Below are positions 14,400 through 28,550 of a stretch of 64,000 nucleotides of DNA, one piece after another. The DNA is from the human T2T-CHM13v2.0 reference genome, Homo sapiens. A model generated the notes under the pieces. The model searched no databases, had not been told where the DNA came from, and worked only from the letters and a program-made list of their open reading frames with translations. Made by a program: the position numbers and the translations under genes. The first letter of the stretch is position 1, and each line of letters opens with the position of its first letter. The stretch lies in assembly GCF_009914755.1 (NCBI RefSeq), contig NC_060937.1; one strand, written 5' to 3'.

Positions 14400-14800
14400 T
14401 TTCATTCAGTATTCATTTATTCAATTCAATTCAGTAGATAATAATGGAGAACCTGCCACATATGAAGCACTGTGTTAGGCACCACTAGAGAAGCACAGAT
14501 AAGTAAGATATGGTCTCTGTTCTGAAGTTTATTGTCTGGTGGGGGAGGTGGACAAAAACTAGATGTAATACAGGTCTGGCTGTGACCAGAGCTACATGAT
14601 ATAATAGCACAAAAGAAAGTGTCATTGATTCTACCCAGAGGAGTCAGGAAGGCCTCACCATTCACTAAGGTGAATGGTGAGTAGAACTTCTATAGGTAGA
14701 GAGGAAATAAAGGCTTTCCAAGTAGAGGGGTAATATAATGGAACGTGTTTAATTGTGGCTGGAACATAGAGCCCTGACAGGGAGTGACTAGAGACAAATC
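14400..14800 (-). mobile_element. L2 3' region
   Basis: ttcattcag...attcatttattcaattc tail and gcactgtgttaggcac motif. Confidence 0.65.
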
Positions 14801-15223
14801 TACATGGGGGATGGGTTGGAGGTGGAAGATACTGGACCTGGTGGAAGATAGGGATATATATTCAAAGTAGGGTATTGACAGTCGGAATGGGAATGAAACA
14901 GGGGCTTTGGGCCATTTGTGATTCTGCCTTGATTGGGCTCTCTGTGCCTGAAATGATCTCTGGGAGATTTTCTGCTTATTTTTTAAAAATCAGCTCCAAT
15001 AGGCTCTTACAGAGGAAGACTTCCTCCATCTTGTCAGGCAGCAAATGTCCCTCTACCCTTGGGGGTCCCATAGCATTTGGATCACATCATTCATAGAATT
15101 CTTATAGGCTACAGCCCATATGAGCAGCAGGCTTGGAGGAAGGCTTCATTTTGGATCCATTGTTTGCAAGGTGGTTTTTGGTGGAGGTGGCCAGCAGGCA
15201 GCTATAATCTCATCTGTAGCTCA

Positions 15224-15676
<453 letters not shown>

Positions 15677-16891
15677 TTAAATTCAGGACTGGCTGTGGAC
15701 TTATGTCTTTGGTGAATTTATGATCTAGAAATGTGTGACCAAAAATAAAGTATGCTGTTTCGTGGTAAGCTCAACATTTTTATCGGAGAAATTTAAAACA
15801 TGATAATATAAATTATTATTAATATAAAGCAAAGAAAACATTCTCTAAAAAATTGTAGTTGTCAGTATTTTAATACAAAAATGGAATGCCTAACTGGGCA
15901 TATACTACTTAAGAGACTATCGGTTATAATTATCAGCAGAAGGATGCTGCTTATGTGAAAATCAACAGTTAGCTTCCAAATGTAAGTCAATTCTTGACTG
16001 AATAGTGTTATAAAAATAAATCCAAATGTGTATTGAAAACAGTCATTGGTCCTCCACCCAATGCCAAATCATTAAGTCATCCCAGAAAAAAAGGGCAGAT
16101 CTGTAAAATGATGATCTGGAAGATGTAGTTGGTGAGCCTATAGGAAAAAGTTGTGAAGTCGCAGACCTTACATGAAGTTGCAATCACAAGAGAAAATACA
16201 CAATTATTTTGTTGCCAACAATATTGGGGATGTTATTAGGAAATGATTTTTTTCTAAAGGAAAAAGAAGGTAGTTATAGCTTTGCTTTTTTGTCATCTGT
16301 TATTCCAAGTGTTGATAGAGTTGGAGTTAGGATGAATTTTTCCATGTTGCATTCCATATATTAGGAGAGAAGAGGAATGTGTTGGGGTAAAGGAATACGT
16401 AAGGTAGATCCTACAGGTGGGGAAGGGAGGATGAGAAGGAGTGAAAAAGGGACTTGGGAATGAAGAACTCTTGGGAATAGGATTAGGACGTGGGAGGGAA
16501 GTGCTCATGGAGGGAAGATACTGAAGGAATAATCAGAAGGCTATCTAGGAAAGAAACTGAGCAAGAGTCCTTGACAGGGAACCAAAAGCAGGGGCAAGGT
16601 AGGGAACAACGTCGAAAGTTCCTGGTAGACAGGGTCAATATGTATTTATGGAATGCATTAATTGCTTGGGATGATGATAAAGATTGCCAAAAAAGGCACA
16701 AAGACAGAAACTTTGAATATGACATGGTTAGAGATCTCTAGGTTGTTTTTAAAAGCGATGGCACAGAATGAAGATGGGAGGGAGTCAAAGAACAAAGAGA
16801 GAACCTGGGGTGAGCAAGAGAAGAAAGGGATTCATTGGAAATAGAGTGATGAAGTTGACTAGTGGGTGTGTCTGGCTTTCTTTTGTTTCAG

Positions 16892-17033
16892 AATGGAGAA
16901 GATCAGGGACAGTCTGAATGAAGGCCAGCAGGCAGTATCAGCCGAACCAAGAAGGGCCATAAAGCTGCAGACCAGGAAATCTGCCCTCTGAGAGCACAGA
17001 ATTTAGAATGGACAGCAAATTTAGTAAAAGTAG
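16892..17033 (+). other. Candidate 142-nt non-coding exon
   Basis: Acceptor tctggctttcttttgtttcAG| and donor tag|GTgagc bracket a purine-rich block; no transcript evidence. Confidence 0.25.
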
Positions 17034-17668
17034 GTGAGCATAGTATGGCTCAGCAATGACTCTCAAAATTTTCCACTGTGCACACATGATCGAGAATGTT
17101 CAAATGTTCTATGTTGTCACGGGAGTATATATTTTCTGGCAAATTAACTGTAATTACATCTCATTCTCACCCACTCACAAAAAGCCTATAAAGGTGCAAA
17201 TGAGAAAGAGTGGCATTGAATCCTCTCTCATTTATACAAATCACTGGCATGCATGCGCCCCCAAACAAGAGAAAGGGAAGCTCCAAAGCTATGGATTAAG
17301 AGGATAACAAATCAGGAAAGCAGACAGAGAGGATTTTGTGTCTGAGCCATTTCAGGTTAAAAGGGAAGGGCCCTGTGGAACCTGTGGCCCAAAAGACTGT
17401 ACGATGAAGAAGCTGTCAAATAAATGTGTATTGAGAAGTAAAAAAATATGTGAAAGAGAAAAACCTGAAGTGAGGGGCAAAAACTAAAGAGGACTAAGAA
17501 GATGGAGAAGATACGAACAAAAAACCAGTCAGTGTCACAGGGAAGAAATGGTGGGGAGACTGAGAATTTGGGAAGGAGTTCTAGGAGCAGAGATGGGGCA
17601 GTTTGGGTCTGCAGTGTTTCGCTGCTGGCCAGAGAGCAGGCATTGCCCCAAGATCGAGAGGCCAGGCA

Positions 17669-17851
17669 GGGTGGTGAGGCCAATGAGCAGGGCGGCTCAT
17701 AAAAGCAGTCTTTTTGTTGTGGAGACAAGAGACTGGTGGGTCAGATAGACCAGTTTTTTCCCCTTTGTCCCCTCTCTTTGACTTTTGAAAGCTTCATGGG
17801 CAATGCGTATTTTGAAGTCTTTAAGTACCACTCAATCATAGGGGATTTTCC
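17669..17851 (+). promoter_or_regulatory. Candidate promoter module (GGGTGG, CCAAT, GGGCGG, CATAAAA, kB site)
   Basis: Motifs at 17669-17674, 17680-17684, 17690-17695, 17698-17704 and GGGGATTTTCC 17841-17851. Confidence 0.3.
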
Positions 17852-18408
17852 ACAAGGACTTACAAAAGTGCAGATTACACTGTAAAAATGCTTTTCAGTC
17901 AATAAAAGTCCGTTTTTACTAGGTAAATTTCTTTATGATGTTTAACTTTGGTTCAGGTCCTGATTCCGAGAAGTGAAATTTGGTGCAGTGAGGGGGAAAA
18001 ACAACGTGGAAAGAAGAAAACCCTGCAATAGCCATTCAAAACCCCACAATCAGACCTTGTTTATGTGATATGGACTCTGAGCTTTCTCTTAAAAGATGCA
18101 TGTGATTAAGAAAATACTATGAGAACTTAATAATAGTTCCCTGAAACCTGTGATCCACCTCTTATCTTTCTAACTCTTGGAAATGCAGCTAATAAGAATG
18201 TATGTTTTTACATTCATTCTGATTCATAAGAATCAGTAATACACTGATTCTTAGCAACAAAGTAGTTCTTTAATTACTACAAAACTCAATAATTCATTGC
18301 CTATTGTTGTGCATGGCACATAACATTCGGTGACTTGTATTGGCATATTCGTTTACATGTGTCACTGCTGTACCTGTAATTTAGTTTAATGCCAGATCAA
18401 TGTGCCAA

Positions 18409-18449
18409 GTGTGTGTGTGTGTGCGCGCGTGTGTGTGTATGTGTGTGTA
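18409..18449. repeat. (TG)n(CG)n(TG)n alternating purine-pyrimidine tract
   Basis: gtgtgtgtgtgtgtgcgcgcgtgtgtgtgtatgtgtgtgta read directly. Confidence 0.95.
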
Positions 18450-21239
18450 AAACTCTTCCCAACAGTAGTTTCATGGGAATTCTCAGTAGTAACTAAAACA
18501 GTGTCCATTTTAAGAAATCACAATCAAAGTGCCTGTTTTTTGCAGGTATTCATAATATTCTTTACCCACACTAGGGCACTGAGTGGCTCATCAACGGTTT
18601 TCCTCGTAGGAAATTATTTAATATTATCTTTTAAGAAGCGAAACACTTGGCTGAAGGAGCAATTCGTTGTCCATAATTCATTGTCCATAATTTTGCCAAG
18701 AAAGGTGTTGAATTTTGAGTTAGTTAAATCAAAATAAAAGCACAGGGCATGAAATCAGCTTGTGAGACCCAGTCAGATGGTTAATTCAGAGGAAAGACCA
18801 GATGCAGATGATCTGATTGAACTTTTCCAGTTTGAATTTTTCTCATTTCTCAGGTTGAGACATATAGTTTCCTGATCCAGGGTATCATTTCTTGGCAGAG
18901 AAACTGAGTTTTTCCCACGTGACCTACTTGCCCAAAAGGAAGATGTCCGAAAAACAGTGCATGCCATGTCCTTTCTGTATCAATATCAATCTCCATCAAA
19001 ATCTTCTTGTCTCTACAGGTGTTCCAGCTAGAAGATTTGGATGAAAAGTGATTCCAAAAAAATGAGGCAATCTCATCCCGAAACTATTTAAAACTACTCT
19101 CCTCTCTCTTGATAAACCGTCAGTAGGAAGTGTGTCGTTTATTCCCTCACTCCACACTGGATTCATATGGGCTGATAGCAGCAGGATTAAAAATTTTTTT
19201 CATCATGAGTTAAATCCCTAAGATTTAGAGTATTTTGTTTGTCTGAATGTCTAAGCGGTACAAACCTTAGCAATCCATATTAAAATGGAGAATTCCTTCT
19301 TTTGGTATTCACAAGCATAACATACATAATCCTTTATCTCTGGCAAAGCTATTCACTTTTTGGCCTTTGGCTGTTCGATGTATACAGTATCTATAGTTAT
19401 TGCATGCAAGAGTTCTCAACTGACTTGCAAACTCTTTGATCAAACCAGCTAAACTTGATTTTCCAGATTATTCAAGAGACAAGGCACACAACTATCAGCT
19501 TTACAAGTCCTGGCAAGCAATCAAGACCCCATGCTCCCCACTCCCTTTATCAGAATCAAAGGTAAACAGGGAGCCAGTTCTCATTTAAATATTTAGCATC
19601 AGGATCTTGCCTAGACTTTCAGGGTTGTAGGAGCAGAAGAAAAACAACAGTTGCAGTGAGAAAAAGGTTTCTTTGGCATGGATGCCAAACTAAATAATGA
19701 CACCCAAAGCAAAAACATGCTTCATTGAAACTTGACTTTAGTCGATTCAGCCTACTTAAAACAAAGCTTTTTTTGTCATTTCAAAAGTGAACATTGTACT
19801 TTGCTCTGGCAGCCATTTATACGTTTTTGAATGATTCGCTTATACATAAATCCCTGGCCTCCAGGCCTTTCAGCACCTCAAATCCGAGTGATTTGAAAAC
19901 ACAACTGAAAATTTCTGTATACAGCGCCTGCCCTTTTCTTCCTCTTAACCTTTTAAGCCATCCATTCTGAGTGACAATGTTTTGACATACATTGTCATGG
20001 CGCATTTCTCCCTGCTCCCGCTTTTATTCCTTTGGAAGTATTTACAAGAGATCAAGGACTGTATTTCCTTTTCCTGAGGAGCATGGTTCTTCATCACCCC
20101 CTCATGTATTTCTTTCTCCGTGGATGCCACCATTCTATCGACTTCACTAAGGCAGAATTATTGGAAGACATCATTTGTGACCACCTTTGTAATTTGTGCA
20201 ATCTGTAGTAGGAAGGCAACCAACGAAAATCAGATTTCATTTTTTTTTTAAACTAAAGTAGCAATGTCAAAGCCTTTATTCAAACACTGATAAGTCTGCT
20301 TGGTTAGTGAGCAGCTGATGGGACTAGCAGAGTATAAATGGTACTAGTTTGAGAACGTGTGGTGGTTTGGAAGGAGTTGAGGAAGCAGAGGAACATTTTC
20401 TTAGCCCCTCTTTTCTTTGGAGGAGTTCAAAACTAGCACTGCTGGCATACTCTTTGGTGAAAGTGCCCTTCTAGAGGCAGGAGTTCTTGGTACATCCTGA
20501 ATTAGGTCTCAGCACATTTTCCAGTTGACTTCTTTTTTTTCTTCTTCTTCTAAAATTGGAGGTGGATGACCCTATCATTTTGGCTAAATTTCTAAATGTG
20601 CCATTGCCTTCTGCATCTCAGAAGTTTTCACAGATGTTAACAGAATACTTTCCTTACCTCGCTATGGCATCATCTGTTAGCTCTTGTTTGGCACTGCAGT
20701 GCAAGTTAATTGGGGGTTGCCTCTTGCATTACAACCATACAGGTGTGACTGACAAGCATGGTGAAGTCAGAAGTGACACTTTCTACTAGGGTAGATCCCC
20801 CTAGGGGACTGTAGAAATGGAGTCAAATTCTCTACAAGCTGCTCCAATGCCCCAGTGTAGACATAAATTGATCTCTTAAAGTCAATTCTGGGATAGGGTA
20901 AGTCCAGCAACCATTATGGGACTTCCTTGAAAAGTCATTATTGCTAAGACCTACCTTTTAGAATAGATAAATATATTTAAAGATAGAAAATTCTTGTGGC
21001 TCTCAGCAGCTGTTGACCCTGTTGCTTACTTTATCTATATATATGTGTGTGTGTGTAAAACTGCACTCTTCTTTTTTTTTAACCCGCCCCTCTGACAACT
21101 TCTTCCTAGTCTCCTTTGCTCTTTCCACTTGTTCTAGAAGTGCCAGCCAGATAACATTATTTACTAGTAGAGTTTCAATTGCCGGCTCTATGGTAATGAT
21201 TCTTTAATCTTGAGGCAACACTGTTCTTTAGGATTTTAG

Positions 21240-22116
21240 AGTCCTTTATTCAACTAATAGCTAGGTATCTGCACTCAGATGTCCCCCAGATACCTCAAAC
21301 TCAACCTGTCCAACACTGTCATTGGGTACACAACTGCTTCTGTTCTGTGGCCTGTGACCTGCATCTCCACGAATAGCACCATATTTACCATGTTTGTTTA
21401 AGCCATAAACCCAAGAGCCCTTCTGATTATTTCTCTTTACTGACCTCATACATCTAATCAAACGAGGTCCTACTGACTCTGTGTGTCTAAAATTTCTTAG
21501 ATCTGCCCATTTCACTCCATCCCCTTTGGCACTTGCAGTGCATAGCTCTGTACCACCTCCTGCCTGGGTTACTATTTGGGCTTCTTGTTCTTGACCTTGG
21601 AGATAGACCTTTCTGGACTATAAGCCAAACCTGCCCTTCTCTTTAAAGCCATCAATAGCTCCCCCTTTCTCTTCAGATAAAATCTAAGCCTCTTTACATA
21701 GCCTGTATAATCTTATACTTTTTATACCTCTCCCACCCTATCTCTTTACTCTTCACTTCTTGAATGCTAGCCTTCAGATACTGACTTTCAGTTCTTTCAA
21801 ATGCTCTTTAACTTCTGTATCTTCCCTCATGCTGTTTGTAGCCTTTTGCCTGGTTCTATTTGCTCTCCCTTATACCGGGATGATGCCACTCAACTTTTAA
21901 GTCTCCTTTAGACATGGCTATTTTTAGGAATCCTTCTTCAACGTCCCAACTCTGGGTTATAGTGCCTCCTATTGCCCCTCTACACTCCTGCACATAACAC
22001 TTACCTGTGGATTTGATTGTCTCTTTTAAGAGTTTCTATTTTTCACTCTCCCATAAGTTCTGTAAGGCCAGTGACTTGGCAAATGTCCAGTATGTAATAG
22101 GCAGTTAATAAATAGT
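21240..22116 (+). mobile_element. L2 LINE 3' portion
   Basis: acctcaaactcaacctgtccaa...aagccataaacccaagagccc...taataggcagttaataaata. Confidence 0.7.
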
Positions 22117-22545
<429 letters not shown>

Positions 22546-22845
22546 TTATATTCCCAAATCTGTTGCTGTTAGAATCATATTTAATTGAGTAGGGAGAGAA
22601 GGTCAAGGCAACATGAGGGTTTGCAGGGTCCTTAGGTATTATATTCATTTTATAGATGAAATAGGTAAGGCCCGGGGAGATTAAATCACTCATTATCATC
22701 CCATAGGATTACTCCTGTGACTCCCAGCCCAGCATCCTCTTTCCTCAGCCTTTTAAATTTCTGCCACCTTGATATGTATGAAATAGCAGCTCGCCTTGGG
22801 GTTTCTTTGTTTTAATTTTAATTACCCTGATTACTTCTGAGTTGA

Positions 22846-23208
<363 letters not shown>

Positions 23209-23384
23209 CCGTATTTCTAATATTTAACAGCAAATTGGGGTTTCTCTTTTTTTTGGTTGCCTGTTTATATCCTTTGTCCATTTTTTATTGGATCATTTAT
23301 TTTTCTTACACATTTTAAGGCATTGTTTATATATATTCTGTATACTAATTCTTTGTTGTTTACATGACTTGCAAATATCTAGCA

Positions 23385-23995
23385 AATGTGCAGATTTTAT
23401 AACCTGTGATCCAGCATTCTATGCTTAGGCATATACCCTGGAGAAAAACTCTCTCACACATGCCCAAGGAGCTATTTAGGAGGGTGTTTCCTGTGGTGCT
23501 ATTTGTAAAAGCACAAAAAGTGAACTAGCCTAAATGTACATTCAGTGAGTGAATGACTCATCAAATTATGGTATATTCACATAATGGAAATAAGAGGTTA
23601 AATGAATAAACTGGCTCTACATGTTATTAACAGAGATGATGGCAGAAAATATTATATTGGCCAAAAATGCAAATAAAAAATCAATACATACAGTATTGGA
23701 TATATACAAGTTTTAAACGTCCCACAAAATAATTCTAAATAATATTTATGGGTAAATACATATAAGGCAAAAGCAAAAACCACACAGTGCAGAACAGTGT
23801 TTGCTTCTAGGGAAGAAGATGGAGTAAAGGTAGAATATTCAACTGGATCTGCAGCACTTCTTTAAAAGAGATTAGTGAAAAACACCAAAATATTCAAAAT
23901 ATTAGCATGTGTTAAAAGAGTTGTGGGTAAATGCATGCCTGTTATATTAGTCTCTGTAGTGTTTGGTATGTTTGAAATATTTTCTAATTAAAGGG
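23385..23995 (+). mobile_element. Old L1 (L1ME-like) 3' end, sense segment
   Basis: cctgtgatccagcattctatgcttaggcatataccctggagaaa...ctagcctaaatgtacattcag...aaattatggtatattcacataatggaa. Confidence 0.7.
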
Positions 23996-25058
23996 AAAAA
24001 AGGCAAAGAAGGTATGCCAGAACTTTCTTCCAGGCAGACATGGCAGAATATGCACATCTTTGAGGCCTGGGAGAACATGATCCATCTGAGAAATTATAGA
24101 AGGAGTGAAGGGTTCCAGTGATGGAGGAAGGTTCTGGTGAAGTAGGTGGTCGGAGAAAGGCAGATCATGAAATACCCTGCTAGCTGACCCAGGGTTGGGA
24201 ACAGTTGTCAGACTATGAACATTATAATTCCTGGAAGGAGAAATACATCAGTGGAAATAACAAGCTTCCATTAAACCTTTAAATTTATTCATGTTAACCA
24301 ATTATAGGAGCTTTAAATAACTCAAAATGTCTGTAGTCTGATGCCTTCTCTTAGTCATAAGGAAAATGAGGCCCAGAAAAATGAAAACATAAGGAAAAGG
24401 GAGAGCATTTTGCATAAGAACATTGAGATACAACTAACCCAGTGATTCTGTATATTTACATTGGCTGACCTGTTCACTGATATGACAGCTAACAATACTG
24501 TAGATATAGTAGGTTTTTGAGACAATGGTACAGAGGATAGATACATTTTGATTAGGAGATACGGACATTGGTTTGACTAATAAGACATAACAATGCAGAC
24601 TTCTGGGCATCAAACAGGTAACACAAAGTGGGCTATTCCTGTTATATGGAGATAATGCAGAGGCTCCTAGGGAGAGATTGGAGTTAAACTGCTGCCACCT
24701 CACAGTTGTGCCAGGATGGGCTGATCAATATCTTGCTGGGATCTCCCAGGCTTTTATGGCTCCTATAAAGACTGTCTTATTAGGTAGCCCAAGGCCAAGA
24801 GATAACTGTAAGGATCTTCTATGAAGGTTTACAACAGTGATCTAAGGTCACCACCACTAAGGTAGGTCTCTGTGAGTTTTTTCAAGGACTTTCTTCTGGT
24901 TGTGGGCAAGATGTGAGGCCTAGAAAGCCCCAGGGCATCTGCCTGAGGATCACTGTCAGGTCTCACTTTGGTAAAGATAAAGGAGGCGGCAGAATGCAGT
25001 GTGAACCACTCTGTCCAAAGTAGCTCATCTATCAGCTCTCCCATCATAGCTGATCTCA

Positions 25059-25383
<325 letters not shown>

Positions 25384-25835
25384 AAATACTGATTTATGGA
25401 CACCAGAGGGGCTTGATGCCTCCTTTGACATGAACAAATGGGGTTGTTCAGAGAAGAGGTTCTTCTGAAGATATCACTAGAAGCTTTTATTCCACAGGCA
25501 TATCAATACTACAATGAATTTATTAGATTAGCTAATTGCATCTTTAAAAAGAATAGGGAGCTTTGTCCTCAAGAGGTGAGATGGAAGACTGGCAGGTTTC
25601 AGCATGTTGATGATAGGCTAGACTAAATAAAAACATCAGAGCCTTAAACATCTCTTGGCTAACTCCCACTCAGACATTTTCAGGTTAGTTTCCTCTATCT
25701 TACAGGTCCTCATAAGTGTAACACTTATGAATATTTTCATAAAAACTCATTTGTGTGATTTGTGTTTAATGTTTGTCTTTCTAGATAGCCTGCAAACTTC
25801 ACGAGTAGAGGGACCGCATCTTTTATTGTTTACGA

Positions 25836-26053
25836 CAGAGTGTCCAATCTTTTGTCTTCCTGGGCCACACTGGAAGAAGAATTGTCTTGGGCCACACATA
25901 AAATACACCAACACTAACCATAGCTGATGAGTTAAAAAAATTGCAAAAAAAAATCTCATAATGTTTTAAGAAAGTTTAGGAATTTGTGTTGGGCCACATT
26001 CAAAGCTGTCCTGGGCCACATGTGGCACACGGTCTGTGGGTCGGACAAGTTTG
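25836..26053 (+). mobile_element. MER30 (hAT-Charlie MITE), inserted in an L2 tail
   Basis: gtgtccaatcttttg...ggaagaagaattgtcttgggccacacataaaatacac...ggacaagtttg; termini inverted. Confidence 0.9.
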
Positions 26054-27211
26054 GACAATATCCCAGAGCCTAGCCTGGTGTCTAGTTTATAGTAGGGGCT
26101 CAGCATATACATGTTGAATATATATGTGAGTAAATGAGTGAATAAACATAAGAAAATGAGTGAATTAAAAATGAGCAAATCAATGGATGGTACTGGTAGA
26201 GCAGCAAGAATACTAATGAGAAGGGTAGCCCACATAGGCCACCATGAGTGAGGTCCTGCCCTTCAAGCAATCAACATGAGATAGGGCCAGGAGTAGCAAA
26301 TGTTGTAGGGTCAGTAAGGAAAAGTTCCCAAGCAATGGGGGAATCCAGAAGCTGTTTCTGGGAATAAAGAACATAAGTTATCCCTGGAGGTGTTCCAAAG
26401 TTAAATTTGACCTGTTTGTTAATTTTCCTTGTGTTGACCACATCAGAATACACTGAACGATTACTGCAATGTCATCCCACAACCTCAAAAGACAGTATGT
26501 AGAGAAGGGCCATGACAGCATCTCTTTAAATATGTATTTAGTCATTATAGAGTTTGTAAGTTCTGGACTCTGATAATCCTCAAACTCTTCACACAATTGT
26601 TTGTTGTAACTGATGTCATCTTTTATGCTTAATTGAACTACTTGTTCTTAAGATGACTCAGGACACAAAGACATTGGATACATATGAAATATTGCCATAC
26701 CATAACCATTTGATTCTTGATGACTTACCTTAAAGAATAGTGTATTACTTCCACTTTCCCATGACATTTAAATCTTGGCTTATGAGATTCCTAGGAAAGG
26801 AAGTACAAAAAGATCCAGAACAAATCAGAATTCAGTTGTCTGTGTGATCTAGCTGCCCCTCCCATTACCTTTAAGCTATACGTAGATGGGCCAAAAATGT
26901 AGAAGTCTTACAGGATATAAAATATTTTATCTTTTGTTCTGGGCTAATAAATAGAGATATCAATTTCATGGTGATCGTCACTGATCTTTACTTTAAAAAC
27001 TGATAATTCATTTTTTGGTTCAAGGTAGACTAATAACTGTGATATCATTGCTCTTTTTGAGCATGTCGCTCATACACATAGGCTCAAGGAAGAGTCATAA
27101 TTAGGCTGGAATTTTATATACTGCTTCTGCAATAAGGGGATATCGTTAGTATTTTCAAAAATATAATCTCTTTAGCTTTTGTTCAAATATGATTCAAATT
27201 TTAAAAAGTAA

Positions 27212-27530
27212 GACTTTATTTGTAAGAGCAGTTTTAGGTTTCTGGGGAAATTAAGCAGAAAGAGAGTTTCCAGTACTTCCTCTATCCCCAACACCACACT
27301 TTCCCCATTATTAAAATTTTGTTTTAGGGTGGTACATTTTTACAGCTGATGAACCAATATTGATATCTTATTAAAGTTCATAGTTGACACTAGTTTTTCT
27401 CTCTGTGTTGTCTAATTTTATGGGTTTTGACAGTTATGTAATGCCATGTATCCACCATTATACATAATAAAAACTGTCCTAAAATTTATTGTGCTCCACC
27501 TATTTATCTCTCCCTCCTCTCAACCTCTCA
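27212..27530 (-). mobile_element. L1MC-type 3' end
   Basis: agagcagttttaggttt...gtggtacatttttacagctgatgaaccaatattga...gtgctccacctatttatc. Confidence 0.8.
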
Positions 27531-27768
27531 ATGATTTAATTTGTAAAAAATTATAGACATGTGCAAACTACCATGGAGGTCTCTACGTGGGATTCAAGTC
27601 ATGTTCCTTTAGTTATTATCATGTTTCTGGCATTATTCTATTTTGCTGTAAAATTAGCCAGGGCTTCCACTGGACCACTAGGAGATTTGTCAACTTTATG
27701 TTAAAAACATTTTGCTTCTTGCCAACCTAAAAGACCTGCCTTAGAGAGAGAAATAAGGTGTTAGGGAC

Positions 27769-28335
27769 TTGGTAACCATGGCCCAGGAAGAGTTCTGGGG
27801 CAACATAAGAGCAAGTCCCATAAAAGGCTCCCAGCATCTCTCCTTCCGCAAATGTGGTGCTGAAACCAAAGTTGACTATATTTAAGTTATGTTCTTCATG
27901 CAGTAGGATGTTCTGCGGCTTCAGGTCCCAGTTCACGATTTTCTTTCTGTAGCTGTACTGGAGGGTGGACGGTGTCTGCTTAAACATGGCCCGGGCCTTC
28001 TTGTCATCTTTGATGTGGCTGTGATGGTGTATTTGGTGGAAAAGCACTCCTTCGAGGGCATATTCCATCACTAAATAGGGTGTCCACCTGCCAATCACCT
28101 GGTTGAGTTTAATGATGTTCAGGTGATTCGGGACCTTCATGATTTCTACCTCTTTCTGTAGAGAGAGGCTAGGGAAGCCACTCATTTTATAGATGATTTT
28201 TGTAACCACCTGTGTCCCAGTCAGTATGTGCCCTGTTAGCTTCACCTTGACGAACACGCCCCTGCCAATGGTCTTGAGGAGCATGTACTTTTTGATCTCC
28301 TCCCTAGGTGAGTTGGAGGCCAAACTCTGCTACAT
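27769..28335 (-). pseudogene. Intronless SMOK/MARK-like Ser/Thr kinase pseudogene (MARK2P-type), subdomains I-VIII only
   Basis: YMLLKTIGRGVFVKVKL, QVVTKII, KEVEIMK, NIIKL, YLVMEYA, NWDLKPQNILL, NFGFS, GTCSYVAPELF; GCACCATG at 28335 followed in frame by TAG; HRD->NWD, DFG->NFG; no DVWSLG. Confidence 0.92.
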
Positions 28336-28550
28336 GGTGCCTCCTAACTACAAATCCTACCTATGCAAGCTATGCTAACTCATGAACAGTGCCAACTGTA
28401 CTAGCTAGGCTAACACTGCTAATAGACTCCACCAATTGTATTAACTTTGCTAATACTACTAAGTATTATTAGTATGCTAATAATAACTATGCTAACAATA
28501 CAAACCAACAATACTAACTATACTAACTGCACTAGAAATCCTAACTAAAA
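28336..28550 (-). repeat. TAG-rich low-complexity leader segment
   Basis: About 22 TAG trinucleotides (hand count) in ~210 nt directly upstream of the kinase ATG. Confidence 0.85.

Noticed and set aside
16893-17516. Two small ORFs both starting MEKIR
   Set aside because: Identity is about 11 nt of purine-rich sequence; consistent with chance.
27727-28323. 198-aa ORF as a functional kinase CDS
   Set aside because: Starts at TTG; the true ATG is followed by TAG; HRD and DFG are mutated; subdomains IX-XI are missing.
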